From Chiloscyllium plagiosum (lineage: Eukaryota), in assembly GCF_004010195.1 (NCBI RefSeq), contig NC_057749.1, positions 19,298,432-19,362,431 of the forward strand: a stretch of 64,000 bases of DNA. Direction: 5' to 3'. The notes under the pieces are model-generated. The model saw only the letters and a program-made list of their open reading frames with translations, was not told the DNA's origin and ran no database searches. Position numbers and translations under genes: made by a program. Below are positions 26,941 through 39,680 of the stretch, in pieces. Numbering within the stretch: position 1 is the first letter of the stretch; each line of letters begins with the position of its first letter.

Positions 26941-27546
26941 TGACATAAAAAAGTCTGATAAAAGCCATGGAAGGGTGGAATCGGGCTCTGAGTCCTAGAG
27001 GCTGCAGGGTTCCCTAGTGGAAAATGAGATGTTGTTCTTTGAGCTTGTGCTGAGGCTCTCTGGAGCACTGCAGTAGGCCTGAGACCGATATTTTGGTGTG
27101 GGAACACAGCAACTTACAATCGTTTGGATGCCGGAGACTGGTGGAGTGTTAAGTGACAATCCACCAGTCTCCGGCATCCAAAGGATTGTAAGTTGTTATT
27201 TCTGTCACATCCAACTAGATGCCACCACAGACACACATTCCCTTCCCCCTTAACTCCTTTATCAGTATTCTACAGGGACTAAATCCCTTGGTACAACCTG
27301 GTCCACACCTCCTTACGCTCCCATGGCTCATTCCAAGCAATTGCAGAAGGAGCCCATTTACCTCCAGGTTGACACATCACTGTGTTCCCACACCAACATA
27401 TCGGTCTCAGGCCTGCTGCAGTGCTCCAAAGAGCCTCAGCACAAGCTCAAAGAACAACATCTCATTTTCCACTTGGGAACCCTGCAGCCTCTAGGACTCA
27501 GCACCCAATTCCATCCTTCCATGGCTTTTATCTGATTTTTTTGTCA
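26941..27546. repeat. Nested inverted repeats of decayed PLE sequence
   Basis: Outer arms 26941-27109 and 27380-27546; inner 36-bp arms 27110-27145 and 27160-27195. Confidence 0.85.
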
Positions 27547-27559
27547 CACATAACCCTGA

Positions 27560-28612
27560 TCTTAAATTTACCTGGACCATCTCTGACACCTCCCTCCCCT
27601 TCCTGGACCTCTCCATCTCCATTAATGACGACCGACTTGACACTGACATTTTTTCCAAACCCACCGACTCCCACAGCTACCTGGATTACACCTCTTCCCA
27701 CCATACCTCTTGCAAAAATGCCATCCCGTATTCCCAATTCCTCCACCTCCGCCGTATCTGCTCCCAGGAGGACCAATTTCACCACAGAACACACCAGATG
27801 GCCTCCTNNNNNNNNNNNNNNNNNNNNNNNNNNNNNNNNNNNNNNNNNNNNNNNNNNNNNNNNNNNNNNNNNNNNNNNNNNNNNNNNNNNNNNNNNNNNN
27901 NNNNNNNNNNNNNNNNNNNNNNNNNNNNNNNNNNNNNNNNNNNNNNNNNNNNNNNNNNNNNNNNNNNNNNNNNNNNNNNNNNNNNNNNNNNNNNNNNNNN
28001 NNNNNNNNNNNNNNNNNNNNNNNNNNNNNNNNNNNNNNNNNNNNNNNNNNNNNNNNNNNNNNNNNNNNNNNNNNNNNNNNNNNNNNNNNNNNNNNNNNNN
28101 NNNNNNNNNNNNNNNNNNNNNNNNNNNNNNNNNNNNNNNNNNNNNNNNNNNNNNNNNNNNNNNNNNNNNNNNNNNNNNNNNNNNNNNNNNNNNNNNNNNN
28201 NNNNNNNNNNNNNNNNNNNNNNNNNNNNNNNNNNNNNNNNNNNNNNNNNNNNNNNNNNNNNNNNNNNNNNNNNNNNNNNNNNNNNNNNNNNNNNNNNNNN
28301 NNNNNNNNNNNNNNNNNNNNNNNNNNNNNNNNNNNNNNNNNNNNNNNNNNNNNNNNNNNNNNNNNNNNNNNNNNNNNNNNNNNNNNNNNNNNNNNNNNNT
28401 TCACCCCCTCCCCCACTCACCTATTGTACTCTATGCTACTTTCTCCCCACCCCCACCCTCCTCTAGCTTATCTCTCCACCATTCAGGCTCTCTGCCTTTA
28501 TTCCTGATGAAGGGCTTTTGCTGCTCCTCGGATGCTGCCTGAACTGCTGTGCTCTTCCAACACCACTAATCCAGAATCTGGTTTCCAGTATCTGCAGTCA
28601 TTGTTTTTACCT
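27560..28612 (+). mobile_element. Penelope-like element (family A) spanning a gap
   Basis: KPTDSHSYLDY..IPYSQFLHLRRICS, then a pLTR with an internally deleted hammerhead. Confidence 0.85.
27808..28399. other. Assembly gap (N run)
   Basis: Ns in the sequence. Confidence 1.
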
Positions 28613-28945
28613 GACAATGAGTGGGATCCAGTCAGGGTTATGGGAGAGAAGGGAAGGGGTGAGGGTAGAGGTGCAGGAGATGGGCTGGACTCAGCTCAGG
28701 GCCCTGTCGGCCACAATAGTGGGGAACCCTCAGTTGAGCGTTCTGGAGAAAAATGCCCTCTGGATGAAAATGGCATTGTCAGAATAGATGTGATGGAGAT
28801 GGAGAAACTGGAATAATGGCATGGAGTCCTTATAGGAAGCAAGGTGTGAGGATGTATATTTGAGGTAACTGTGGGAGTCAGTGGTTTTGTAGTGAATATC
28901 AGTGGCCAGCCTATCCCCAGAAATGGAAACAAAGATGTCATGGAA
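28613..28945 (-). mobile_element. Older PLE RT fragment
   Basis: Minus strand reads IHYKTTDSHSYL, homologous to the other PLE copies. Confidence 0.6.
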
Positions 28946-29670
28946 GGTTTATTGCTTTCCAATATTAAGTCTTTGTTCTTCCAACTCTGGCACTTGTGTA
29001 CCTGTCTAGAGTTTTGTTCATGCTGCATCTTTAGCCATATAATTTCTAAGCTCTGGAATTTTCTCTGAAAATGCCTCTACATCTTTCTTCTCCTTTTGGG
29101 GGAGACAGTGCTAATGTCACTATGGGGCCGGTGGAATTCAAATTTAATCAATAGAATCTGGAATTGAAAGCCACCCTCAAGAGTTGGTGACCATGAAACT
29201 ATCATTGATTGTCATAAAAACCGATGTTGCTCACTAATATCCTTATGGGAAGTAAATCTGCCATCATTACTCAGTCTAGTCTATGTGTGAGTCCAGATCC
29301 ACAGCAATGTGGTTAACTCTCAACTGCCCTCTGAAATGGCTTCGTAAGATACCTAGCTCCAGGGCAACTAACAATAAGCAACAGGTGCTGGCCTTTCCAG
29401 CAGTGCATATGAAAGAAGAAAATGCTCTTCAAAGCACACCTCTTTGAACCAAACGGTTTTCCACCTGTTCTAATGTTATCACCATTGGCTTGATGTCAAA
29501 TTTTGTCTTATTTGGGAAAGTTGTTTGAAGTTACAGTCACTATTTGATGCATGTTGCTGTTGGTCGTGACACTACATATCTTTGAGTGGAAAGCCAGTGT
29601 TAATTTGGTGTGAAGTCTTATCCTGGAGGATTTAAGCAGTTTGAGGAAATTTTTCTTCCCTCTATTGCAG

Positions 29671-29816
29671 CTGCTGAATACAGTTAAAAATAATAAAGAC
29701 AAAGGTCGTGTCAATGACAGTGCCTTCCTGTTTGGGTTTGGAGATGGGGGCGGTGGACCCACACAAGACATGTTGGATCGACTACAGAGAGTTCAAAACA
29801 CAGATGGGCTTCCCAG
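29671..29816 (+). CDS. MAN2C1: MAN2C1 exon ([48 protein letters not shown])
   Basis: ttgcag|CTGCTG...CCCAG|gtcagg; 146 nt, ends phase 2; GxGDGGGGP motif. Confidence 0.96.
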
Positions 29817-30984
29817 GTCAGGAAGCAAACACTGTTTAAAAGTCATGTGCATTTCTAAACCAACTTGCCAGTTTGGTGTGCTCTGAAAGAGTGTATTGTT
29901 CAGGTGTCTCTTTAAATTGCTGTCAGAATATAAAATTATGTGCAAAATCTGTTTGTTCGCATGAAATAATTTTCAAAATTCTGCACGCAACCTTGTATTG
30001 CTTGTGGTGTAGTGTGTTGGATACCCAAACTGCTGTGCATGTGTGCAATCTTTGCCCTCTAGAGTTTCTGCTGTTAGCAGTGGTACTAAGAGGGGAGCAG
30101 AGAAATCACTGTACTTTACACATCTGGGCAATAGTGTTTGAGATGTGGAAATAGATTTATTGTTCACCTCTAATGTACAGTTGGCAGCAGACATGTGAGG
30201 ATTGGAAATAGAAAAGTGACAGAACACTTTGGAAAGAGAGTTGCTCCAGAGAGGTTGGATATGGGAAAAGAAGCCATAAGATGCTTCATACATCTTGGGG
30301 CAAACTGAAGGCTGAAATATGAGGTACCATTGAAATGGCACTCAGGAAGTGTTAGATGTGTTAAAAATTAGAAAGAAAGTAAGTAATTTCTTTAATCTTG
30401 ATTACTGTTCCAAAGCTAGTTCCCAGAATTTACGAGCTGCTCCCAGTGCAGAGCAGTGGTTGCCGGATTACACTGCTGACACCAGGAAGTTCTTCATAGG
30501 GAGTACCTGAGCAAAATCTTAAACAGACAGAGCACAATTTAATCTTAACAACGGAACATCTCAACTGTGTCCACATAGTACCTTTAAACAATGTCACAAG
30601 GGTTGAGGGATTTGATCTTAAGTATTAGGTCCATCACAAATCATTGTTATACCCCTGATCTCCTTTTATGTCAATGGCAATGTGGTAAATTTTGCTTGAT
30701 TATTTCAACCTCTTGTAGCTCATCCCAAATAATGGAAAATCCGCAGAGTACAACGAAGGGCTGATTTACTTGTGTCCTGTCAGTGATATGCTGCTGTTTC
30801 TAAAAAAAAAAAATCTGTTCATGAGATGTGAAGATTGCTGGCTTGGCCAAGATTTGCTGTCCATGAGAAAGTGGTGGTGAGCCGCCATCTGAATCCTAAT
30901 TTGAAAGTTATACACAATTTTAAACACCCATAAAGTCAGTGATGATGGAGTCTAAGAAAATCTCGGGAGGGAAAAATGCCGGCT

Positions 30985-31125
30985 GAGTAGTGAAATAACT
31001 CAATGGAGGCCAGTATGCAATCAACCAGTCATTCTTTATTGCCACGTGGAGAGTCCTTGACACTAAACCAGCTCCCTCAGAGCCAGCTCTCAGGCTGAAC
31101 AGCATGTCTTTCACTCCTGTTCTTT
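30985..31125 (-). mobile_element. LTR fragment (R/U5 side), copy 1
   Basis: Shares ccagctccctcagagccagctctc..cact(c/g)ctgttctt with 32506-32588; AATAAA on the minus strand at ~31035. Confidence 0.6.
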
Positions 31126-31308
31126 TCTTTTCCTGTTTATTTTTTTTCCACACTACCGCCTAACAGCGGGAGTGCTTATTTTACCCCAGCACCCATGTCA
31201 TGTGTGTGCGGGTATCGGACACTGAAGAACAACATGTATGTAAATCTTTATTTATATTCCACCACCAGGAAGAAAGGAAACACCTGCGTGGCCAGTGATA
31301 AGCAGTGC
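31126..31308 (-). mobile_element. Poly(A)-tailed retroposon 3' end with a 16-bp TSD
   Basis: TSD ttcactcctgttcttt at 31110-31125 and 31309-31324; homologous to 32589-32810. Confidence 0.75.
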
Positions 31309-31574
31309 TTCACTCCTGTTCTTTAATTAAACAGTACAGTTTACAAACAATTAACATTAACAGCGTATACAGAGAAACAACAATTTACAAGGGAGAGGAG
31401 CAGTAAAGCCAGACCCCAAACCCTCCGCTCCTGTTTTTTTTCTCTCTTTTTTTTTTCTTTCTTTGCCCTTTTTATATAAACAATAAAGAATAAGCAAAAA
31501 ACTTCAAAATAAACACCTCCTCAATGCGAAGACGCCAACAAAGACACCACCCCTTCTCTTTTAACACAGGAAAA

Positions 31575-32505
31575 ATAGACAATAGGTGCAGGAGTAGGCC
31601 ATTCTGCCCTTCGAGCCTGCACCACCATTCAATATGATCATGCCTGATCATCCTTAAACAGTATCCTGTTCCTGCCTTATCTCCATAACCCTTGATTCCA
31701 CTATCCTTGAGAGCTCTATCCAACTCTTTCTTAAATGAATCCAGAGACTGGGCCACCACTGCGCTCTGGGGAAGAGCATTCCACACACCCACCACTCTCC
31801 TCATCTCTGTCCTAAATGGTCTACCCCGTATTTCTAAGCTGTGTCCTCTGGTTCGGCACTCACCCATCAGTGGAAACATGCTTCCTGCCTCCAGAATGTC
31901 CAATCCTTTAATAATCTTATATGTCTCAATCAGATCCCCTCTCAGTCTTCTAAACTCAAGGGTATACAAACCCAGTCGCTCCAGTCTTTCAGTGTAAGGT
32001 AATCCCGCCATTCCAGGAATTGACCTCGTGAACCTACGCTGCACTCCCTCAATAGCCAGAATGTCTTTCCTCAAATTTGGAGACCAGAACTGCACACAGT
32101 ACTCCAGGTGTGGTCTCACCAGGGCCCTGTACAGCTGCAGAAGCACCTCTTTGCTTCTATACTCAATCCCTCTTGTTATGAAAGCCAGCAACCTATTAGC
32201 CGCCTTCATTACCTGCTGTACCTGCATGCTTACCTTCGTTGACTGGTGTACAAGAACACCCAGATCTCTCTGTACTGCCCCTTTACCTAAATTGATTCCA
32301 TTTAGGTAGTAATCTGCCTTCCTGTTCTTGCCACCAAAGTGGATAACCATACATTTATCCACATTAAACTGCATCTGCCGTGCATCTGACCACTCACCTA
32401 ACTTGTCCAGGTCACCCTATAATCTCCTAACATCCTCAAAACATTTCACCCTGCCACCCAGCTTAGTGTCATCAGCGAATTTGTTAATGTTATTACTAAT
32501 ACCAA
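31575..32505 (-). mobile_element. Young CR1 3' portion (ORF 31472-32374)
   Basis: Long open CR1 RT C-terminus MQFNVDKC..LYRALVRPHLEYCVQFWSP..TRGH. Confidence 0.92.
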
Positions 32506-32910
32506 TAGCAGAATCCTTCACTCCACACTGATCCAGCTCCCTCAGAGCCAGCTCTCTGTGTACAGGACATCTGACACTGCTGTTCTTTTTTTTTTCCTTT
32601 TTTTACTATATAAAGTGCCCACACTACCGCCTAACTGCGGTAATGCTTATATTATCCCTAACACCCATGTTATGTGTGTGCAGATGTGAGACACAGTGAA
32701 AGACACAAGGTGTACAACACTTTATTCGATTTCCACCACCAGGAAGAAAGGAAACACTGAATGACCAGTGACAAGCAGTGCCTTTCTGAGAGGGCAATGC
32801 TGCATGATCACATCTGTCAGTGTGGGCTTCCTGATTGGACCAGGTTAACAGCCCTAATCAGGAAACTCATTCAATGAGGTCCACCTGGCTGACCTCATTT
32901 CAATCCCTAT
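32506..32910 (-). mobile_element. LTR copy 2, interrupted by a retroposon 3' end (32589-32810)
   Basis: CCAATC box (gattgg ~32834) upstream of the interrupted A-rich/TATA position on the minus strand; homology with copy 1. Confidence 0.6.
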
Positions 32911-33134
32911 AAGTCATTCTGGGCCAGTTAGGCAGAGTAATTAATGGCACAGGCAGTGCTATTGGTTCCACTGAATCTATGCCAGCTCCCTCCAGAGCAA
33001 TCCCACTTAGTTTTCCTTCCCTGCTTCATCCCTGTATCACAAAATAACATCATACTCAGAAGCCATTCAGCTTGCATTGATTATGAAGTCTGAATAGTTT
33101 ACAAGATGTTGTCAGAAATTTACCAAGCCTCCTT

Positions 33135-34350
33135 CATAGAATAGTACAGCACAGGAACAGGTCCTTTGGACCACCATGTAATCTCTGATCATAATATCAT
33201 TCTAAATAATGCTATCTGCCTGCACAAACTCCATATCCCTTTATTCTCTGCCCATTCAAGTGTCTGTCTAAATGCCTCTTAAACTTTACTATTGGTCCTG
33301 CTTCTATTCCCCTCTCTTGGCAGCATGTTCCAGGCACCTACCATCCTGTATGTAAAAAAAAAACTTGCCTTGCCCATCTCCTTTAAACTTTCCCCCCTCA
33401 CCTTAAACCTATGTCCCCTAGTATTTAACATTTTCACTCGGAGAAAGATTCTGACTATCCATCTTATCCATGACTCTCATAATTTTATATACTTCTTTCA
33501 GATCACCCCTCAGCCTCTGACGATTTAACAAAATCAATCGAAGTTTAACCAATCTCTCCTTCTAGCTAATGCACACCAGCTAGCTAGGCAACACCCTGGT
33601 ACATGTATTTTGCACCCTTTCAAGCTTCCACATACTTCCATAGTGTGGTGGCCAGAACAGCACACAATAATCCGAGCGTGGCCTAACTGAAGTTCTATAC
33701 AATTGTAACATGACTTGCCAACTTTCATACTCAGTGCTCCAACCAATCGAGGCAAGTGTGCTGTACACTTTCTTTACTACCTTATCCATTTCTGTTGCCA
33801 CTTTCAGGGAGTTATGGACTTGCACCCCAAGATTTCTCTGTATATCAATGCTTTTTAGGGTCCTGCCATTTTCAGTACACTTTTCTCTTGCATTTACCTC
33901 CCAGAAATCCGTCACCTTACATTTGGCTGGATTAAATTCCATCTGCAGTTTATCTGCCCCACTTTCCAACTGATCTATATCCTTCTATATTCTTTGACAA
34001 CCTTCCCCTCTATCCACATTTCCACTAATTTTTGTGTCACCTGCAAACATACTGACCAGACTACCTAGATTTTCATCCAAATCGTTCATATATTGCAAAT
34101 AGAGGTCCCAGCAGTGATCCTTGCAGAACACCACTGATCCCAGACCTTTAGTCAGAAAAACCCCACTCCATAATTGCCATCTATCTTCTATGACCAGTCC
34201 AATTTTGTATACATTTTACCAACTCTGTGTGGATCCCATGTGACTTAATCTTCTGGACCAGCACACCATGAGGGCCCTTGTCAAATGCTTTAGTAAAGTC
34301 CATGTAGATAACTGTCCTACTTCATCTTTGACACTTCATCAAAAATATCA
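33135..34350 (-). mobile_element. CR1-clade LINE fragment
   Basis: QMEFNPAKC and LQLYRTSVRP..DYCVLFW motifs; CR1 tail. Confidence 0.85.
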
Positions 34351-34504
34351 AATTTGAGCGATCTGTGCACTTGCAAGTTTGTCTTTCCAATGCCTGTTCA
34401 ATTTTCTTTTGAAATTGTTGCTTGTACTTCCATCACACCCATTTCTATTAACAGGATGAAGAATTACACCAGAGTTGTTTCCAGGTTTATTACCCTTATT
34501 AGCC

Positions 34505-34680
34505 ATGGTTCAGTGAGTGTCTGTCATGCGGCTTGAATCAGAAAGTTAAAGTGTCAAGTTCTACTTTAGGACTTAAGCACAAAAATTAAAATCAAAGCTG
34601 ACACTCCCATTCGGTACCATGGGAGTTCTCCATTATCAAAGTGTGATGATGCTTTTAGGATGAGATGGTAAGCCATAAAT
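34505..34680 (+). mobile_element. Old Deu-domain (SacSINE1-like) SINE, 5' part
   Basis: gaatcagaaag..acttaagcac..gctgacact..ggatgagatg resembles the DeuSINE sequence as recalled. Confidence 0.45.
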
Positions 34681-35216
34681 GTGAAGTTGTCAAACTAACT
34701 ACAATAGGAAATTCAGGAAAGTATCAGAGTGGTCAGAGTTTGGAACTCGTTCACAGCGAGTAACTGAGGTAAATACTGTAGAAGTGTTTAAGAGTGATAA
34801 CCATATTAACAGAGAAAGGAATAGAAAGATATTTTGATAGGGTTGATTTAAAAGGGGGAAGAGGAGACTTGCATAGAGTCAGATATTAGGCATGGACTCA
34901 TTGGGCTGATTGGCCTGCTCTGTATTCTAAATATTTTGCAATAACACAATAGGCTTCTCCTATTTTGAATTAATCAGCCAGAGTACTGTCATGAAAATTC
35001 ACCTTGTTGTAGCTGAGGCCAACAGGAGGTCAGTAAATTTTCATCCAGATAACCAAAGTCAGAAGAATTCACAATGAAGAGTTTGTTTCCTTTACTCGTA
35101 TTTTAAAATTAATTGTGTCTATAACAAGGTATGCTGTGTGAAGGTATGTGTGTATATAGACATATATAAGCTGTAGCTAGCAAAGGTCATTAATAAGTGC
35201 ATACACTGTGTCTCAG

Positions 35217-35340
35217 GGTGAAACAATCCAGCCCAGAAACATTCTTCTCAATTTTGGAAGCTGACACTACGATGCTTTGTACCTGGGTTGGAGAACTATT
35301 TTTGGAACTACACAATGGCTCCTATACTTCCCAGGCAAAG
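35217..35340 (+). CDS. MAN2C1: MAN2C1 exon ([41 protein letters not shown])
   Basis: tctcag|GGTG...GCAAAG|gtagga; 124 nt; phase fits the previous exon; [12 protein letters not shown] motif. Confidence 0.95.
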
Positions 35341-36915
35341 GTAGGAATCTTTATTATTCTTAGTTTTTAAGTATTGTGGGGACTGGTCTACTAATCCAGA
35401 GTCCAAGGCTAATGTTCTGAAAATATTGTTTCAAATCCCATCACGTCAATTAAATGATAAAGCTAAAATTAAAAACTAGTCTCCGTAACATCAACAATCA
35501 AATCACTGATTTATTGTTAAAGTTCAAATCATTCAGTATGTCCTTGAGGGAACAAAATTGGGCTGACATTGGACTCCAGACTTTTATGAGCCTTGACTGT
35601 CCACTGAAATACCTAACAAGCTGCTGCAGAAAAGTCAAAAACCAGGCGAACCACCCAGCATTGACCCTGATTTCGCTGCTCCTTGGATGCTGCCTGAACT
35701 GCTGTGCTCTTCCAGCACCACTAATCCAGAATCTGGTTTCCAGCATCTGCAGTCATTGTTTTTACCAGGCACTGGAGCCCTGTTGCCAAGTCAAAATCCT
35801 GGATCTCCCTTGTTAACAGCACTGTGGATGTAGCTACATCATATGAACTGTTGACTTCCAATAAGTTGGTTCCTCATCATTTTCTCAACTGGCTTGCCAG
35901 TGACACTAACGTCCGACAAAAGCATCCCTTTTTATGATCTCATTTGCAAACGGTTTTCAATTTGCTGCAGGCCACAATGATTTATTGATGTTAAAATAAT
36001 TATATGATTAAACATTTAGTTTCCTGTGGCAGGTAGTATATATAAACACAAATAAGCACACATATAAAAAGCTTGTGTATGTATGCATTCCCAATGTACA
36101 CATATTACTTGTTTCCATAGTTGTTTTTTAATGTATTATATTAATGTTTAAACTTTGTAATCAATTTTTATTGAATTTTTTTCTACGCAAACAGTTGCCA
36201 AATATTGTTGATGAGCCAGTTTGTTACTCAGCTTGCTTTTTCACATTTTTCTTAGCTGCTGAAATATATTAAGTGTCAAGTTATATCCAAAATAGAACTA
36301 AAATTTAAAATATCTATTTGATACAATTAACCCAATGTGTTGCCTATGTCTTTTAATCTCCTTTTAAAGTTTTTGCTTTTAAGACTGCAGCCTCTTTGAA
36401 AAGTCTGGTTTTTAGCTGTTTTGCTTTTGCACAGTAGTTAAGAATAAACTTTCAGTCACATGCCAACATAAAATGCACACCATAACAGGACGAGAAAGGT
36501 CCTTTTATTCTGTGAGGATTTGAGATTTTTCTTTAACACTTTGTCTCCCAGAAAGTTTTAAAAGAAACTGGAAACTGAAATCAAAACCTTGAGATATGAA
36601 GCAGGGAATGGCAAATGTATATGATCATATAGAAACAAACAATCCTGATCACTCTATTTGTAGCATCTTTAATAGTTAAGGGAGAAAGTGCTGTTTGATT
36701 ACAAGGTTGGATTGGTGTTTACAGCTGTTGAAATTTCAAATCAAAATCTCTGTTATAATTGCTTTGACAAAATCTTCCCCTTTTTAGAACTGGCAGGATA
36801 AGTGGTGTGGTAAATAGGTGGGCTGGTTGGGAGATTTCTGCTGCATTCCTATCACCACTGGAATTAAGTTCTAGGAGCAAAGATCACCCCCATCTGCAAC
36901 CAAATGACCCAGCCG

Positions 36916-37068
36916 AAAGTGGGTACTGTAGATGCTGGAGGTTAGAGTCAAGATTAGAGTGGTGCTGGAAAAGGACAGCAGGTCAGGCAGCATCCGAGGA
37001 GCAGGAAAATCGATGTTTCGGGCCAAAGCCCTTCATCAGGAATGGCCGGAAACGTCGATTTTCCTGCA
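36916..37068 (-). mobile_element. Family A pLTR with a short fold-back
   Basis: Minus-strand CTGATGA-a-GGGC tttg GCCC-GAAA followed by an inverted gaaacgtcgattttcctgc. Confidence 0.75.
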
Positions 37069-38310
37069 CCGAATGAAGACCCTCTTAAGTGGACAATTAA
37101 CAACCATTTCAGGGCTTGATAGCACATGGTTTAGTGGGCTTTCCCACTCACTTTGGTGGCTGGTGTCCCATTCATATATACACCAAGCACCATACCTCTA
37201 TCAAAAAGCGGAAGATTCTGCCCAATGATTTATTACATCTATACAGTATTTTTTTTAAATGACATCATTATTTGGGAAATTTGTTTCTTGAAACGTGTGT
37301 CTATGAAAGACTGATGAAGTTGGTCATCTCCACCATGTGCTACATTTTGCTCTGGTGTCTGTCAGTTGTGAACTTCTGGAACCTACATTGCCGTCCTGTG
37401 AGCATACACCTGTTAAGAAGCAGAAAGCATGCATTAAACCAGAAAAATTGATAAAGGAACCAGATGATTATGTAGCAAATGGTAAGGGGACATCTGGAGC
37501 TGACAAAGTGGCACTGGTTGGGCTGGAGGAGGCTGACAGCATTGGCATAGCAGGGTGTTGAGGCTTGGTGATTTGATATGGGCCTCTGACTTCTTGGACT
37601 TTCATCCTTCACAAGCTGCTCCCTTCAGTGCTGTTAGATTATAGCAGTCCCCCAATGTTGTTGAAGCTTTTGGTTTGCACTGATCAGGAGAAACACCAGA
37701 ATGTCAAATTTCATGCCATCACAAGTTATCACAGGAGGAAAGGGTGCTGATTGTTTGGCAGTTTGACTCAGGTTGGCAAACTAGAGGCTTCCTCTGCTTC
37801 TGGGAATTTATTTTAAAATGCAAGGCTTTAATATTCCTTTTGTTTGTAAAGGACAGATCCCTGTGCTATATCCCCACCTCTTGCTGAACCCAAGGCTAAC
37901 CCATCTGCCCAATTAACTCAACACTCAGGATCTTAAGTGCCCTTGTGTTGTCCAGAAGCATATCGATTGTATTCTGAGCATGTTCTTTGATCCATAAACA
38001 ATCAGTATCCCCTACCAGTATCTGTCTCAATCACACATCTTTTCCTCTCCTCCATAAAATGCTGTTTGCCCCAGAGGCCTCATCCTAGTATGACCAGAAT
38101 ACAGGTGACCGTTGGATCCAATACCATTCCCAGTGCTGATGACTCACTGCCTTGATAACATTACTTTGGGTAATGCTCCAGTACTCATAACATCTGATTC
38201 ACTGAGCAATATCTCAAAAGATTTACTAGAACATACTTAAAAATGGTGTATCCAGGCCATATCTTGTCAGTCCTGCCTCTGATGTTACAACTGGGTATCA
38301 CAATCGACAG

Positions 38311-38800
38311 GGAGAAAGTGAGGACTGCAGATGCTGGAGATCAGAGTTGAGAGTGTGGTGCTGGAAAAGCACAGCAGGTCAGGCAGAATCCAAGGAGCAG
38401 GAGAATAGACATTTTGGGTTTAAGTCCTTCATCAGGAATGAAGTTTGTGGGTCAGTGGGGCTGAGAGATAAATGGGAGAGGGGCTGGGGCAGAGGGGAAC
38501 ATAGCTGGAAATGTGATAGGTAGATGAAGGTGCGGATGGAAGTGATTGGTCAGAGGGAGGGTGGAACAGATGGGTGGGAAGGAAGGAAGATGGACAAGTA
38601 GGACCAGTCAAGGGGACAGTGCCGAATTGGAGGCTTGGAACTGGGATAAGTTTGGGGGAGGGGAAATGAAATCTACATTGATCCCATGTGATTGCAGGGT
38701 CCCAAGGCGGAAGATGAGGCGTTCTTCCTCCAGGCGTCAGGTGGTAAGGGTTTGACGATGGAGGAGGCCCAGGATCTGCATATCCTTGGTGGAGTTAAAG
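38311..38800 (-). mobile_element. PLE family A 3' fragment
   Basis: GIY-YIG C-terminus (LEEERLIFRLGTLQ) plus pLTR; atcgacag duplicated at both ends. Confidence 0.8.
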
Positions 38801-38821
38801 CATCGACAGACAGACAATATA

Positions 38822-39190
38822 GGCTGGCACGGTGGCTCAGTGATTCGCACTGCTGCCTCACAGCACCAGGGACCTGGGTTCAATTCCAGCCTCAGGTTAC
38901 TGTCTGTTTGGAGTTTGCACATTTTCCCCATGTTTTTGTGGGGTTTTGTCCAGGTGCTCCGGTTTCCTCCCATGGTCCAAAGACGTGCAGGTTAGGTAAA
39001 TTGGCCATACTAAATTGCCAGTAGTATTCAGCGATGTGTAAGTTAGGTGCATTAGTCAGGGGTAAGTATAGAATACTCGGGTAGGGGAATGGGTCTGAAT
39101 GGGATACTCTTCGGAGGGTCGATGTGGATTTGTTGGGCCTAATGGTCTGTTTCCACATTGTGGGGATTCAATTCTATGTCGTTCTATGTC
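38822..39190 (+). mobile_element. V-SINE
   Basis: tRNA head, V core and CR1-like tail. Confidence 0.85.
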
Positions 39191-39397
39191 ATATATGTTT
39201 CATACTTGCATCCAATTGTCTCATTTCTTGTTAACAAACCTGCAGTGTTGCAGTTGTAAATGTGAATATTTAGCAAACAGAATTGGAAGCTGCCATTTAT
39301 TAGGTTTGAGAAAAACACTATTGCAAACCAAAACTGCAGTTAACAATAGATCAACAAGAAACTTACTTTTGAAAATCTTTTCAGCTGCCATCATTAG

Positions 39398-39680
39398 GGG
39401 TGACACGGTGCCTCAGTGGTTAGCCTGCTGCCTCACAGTGCCAGAGACCCAGGTTCGAATCCAGCTTTGGGCGACTGTCTGTGTGGAGATTGTACATTCT
39501 CCCCATGTCTGTGTCAGTTTCCTTGTGTCCAGGGATGTGCAGGCTAGGTGGTTTAGCTATAATAAATATAAGGTTACACGGGTAAGGTAGGGGGATGGGT
39601 CTGGGATGGATGCTATTTGCAGGGTCAGTGGATTCGATGGGCTGAATGGCCTGCTTCCACACTGGAGAACATTTATGATT
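39398..39680 (+). mobile_element. V-SINE (diverged, internally deleted)
   Basis: tRNA head, partial V core and tail. Confidence 0.75.

Noticed and set aside
27382..28542. Long ORFs of 200-386 aa (also those at ~2137-2819)
   Set aside because: Their length comes from N runs translated as X.
31472..32374. 300-aa ORF as a host gene
   Set aside because: It is the C-terminal part of CR1 ORF2 in a 5'-truncated copy.
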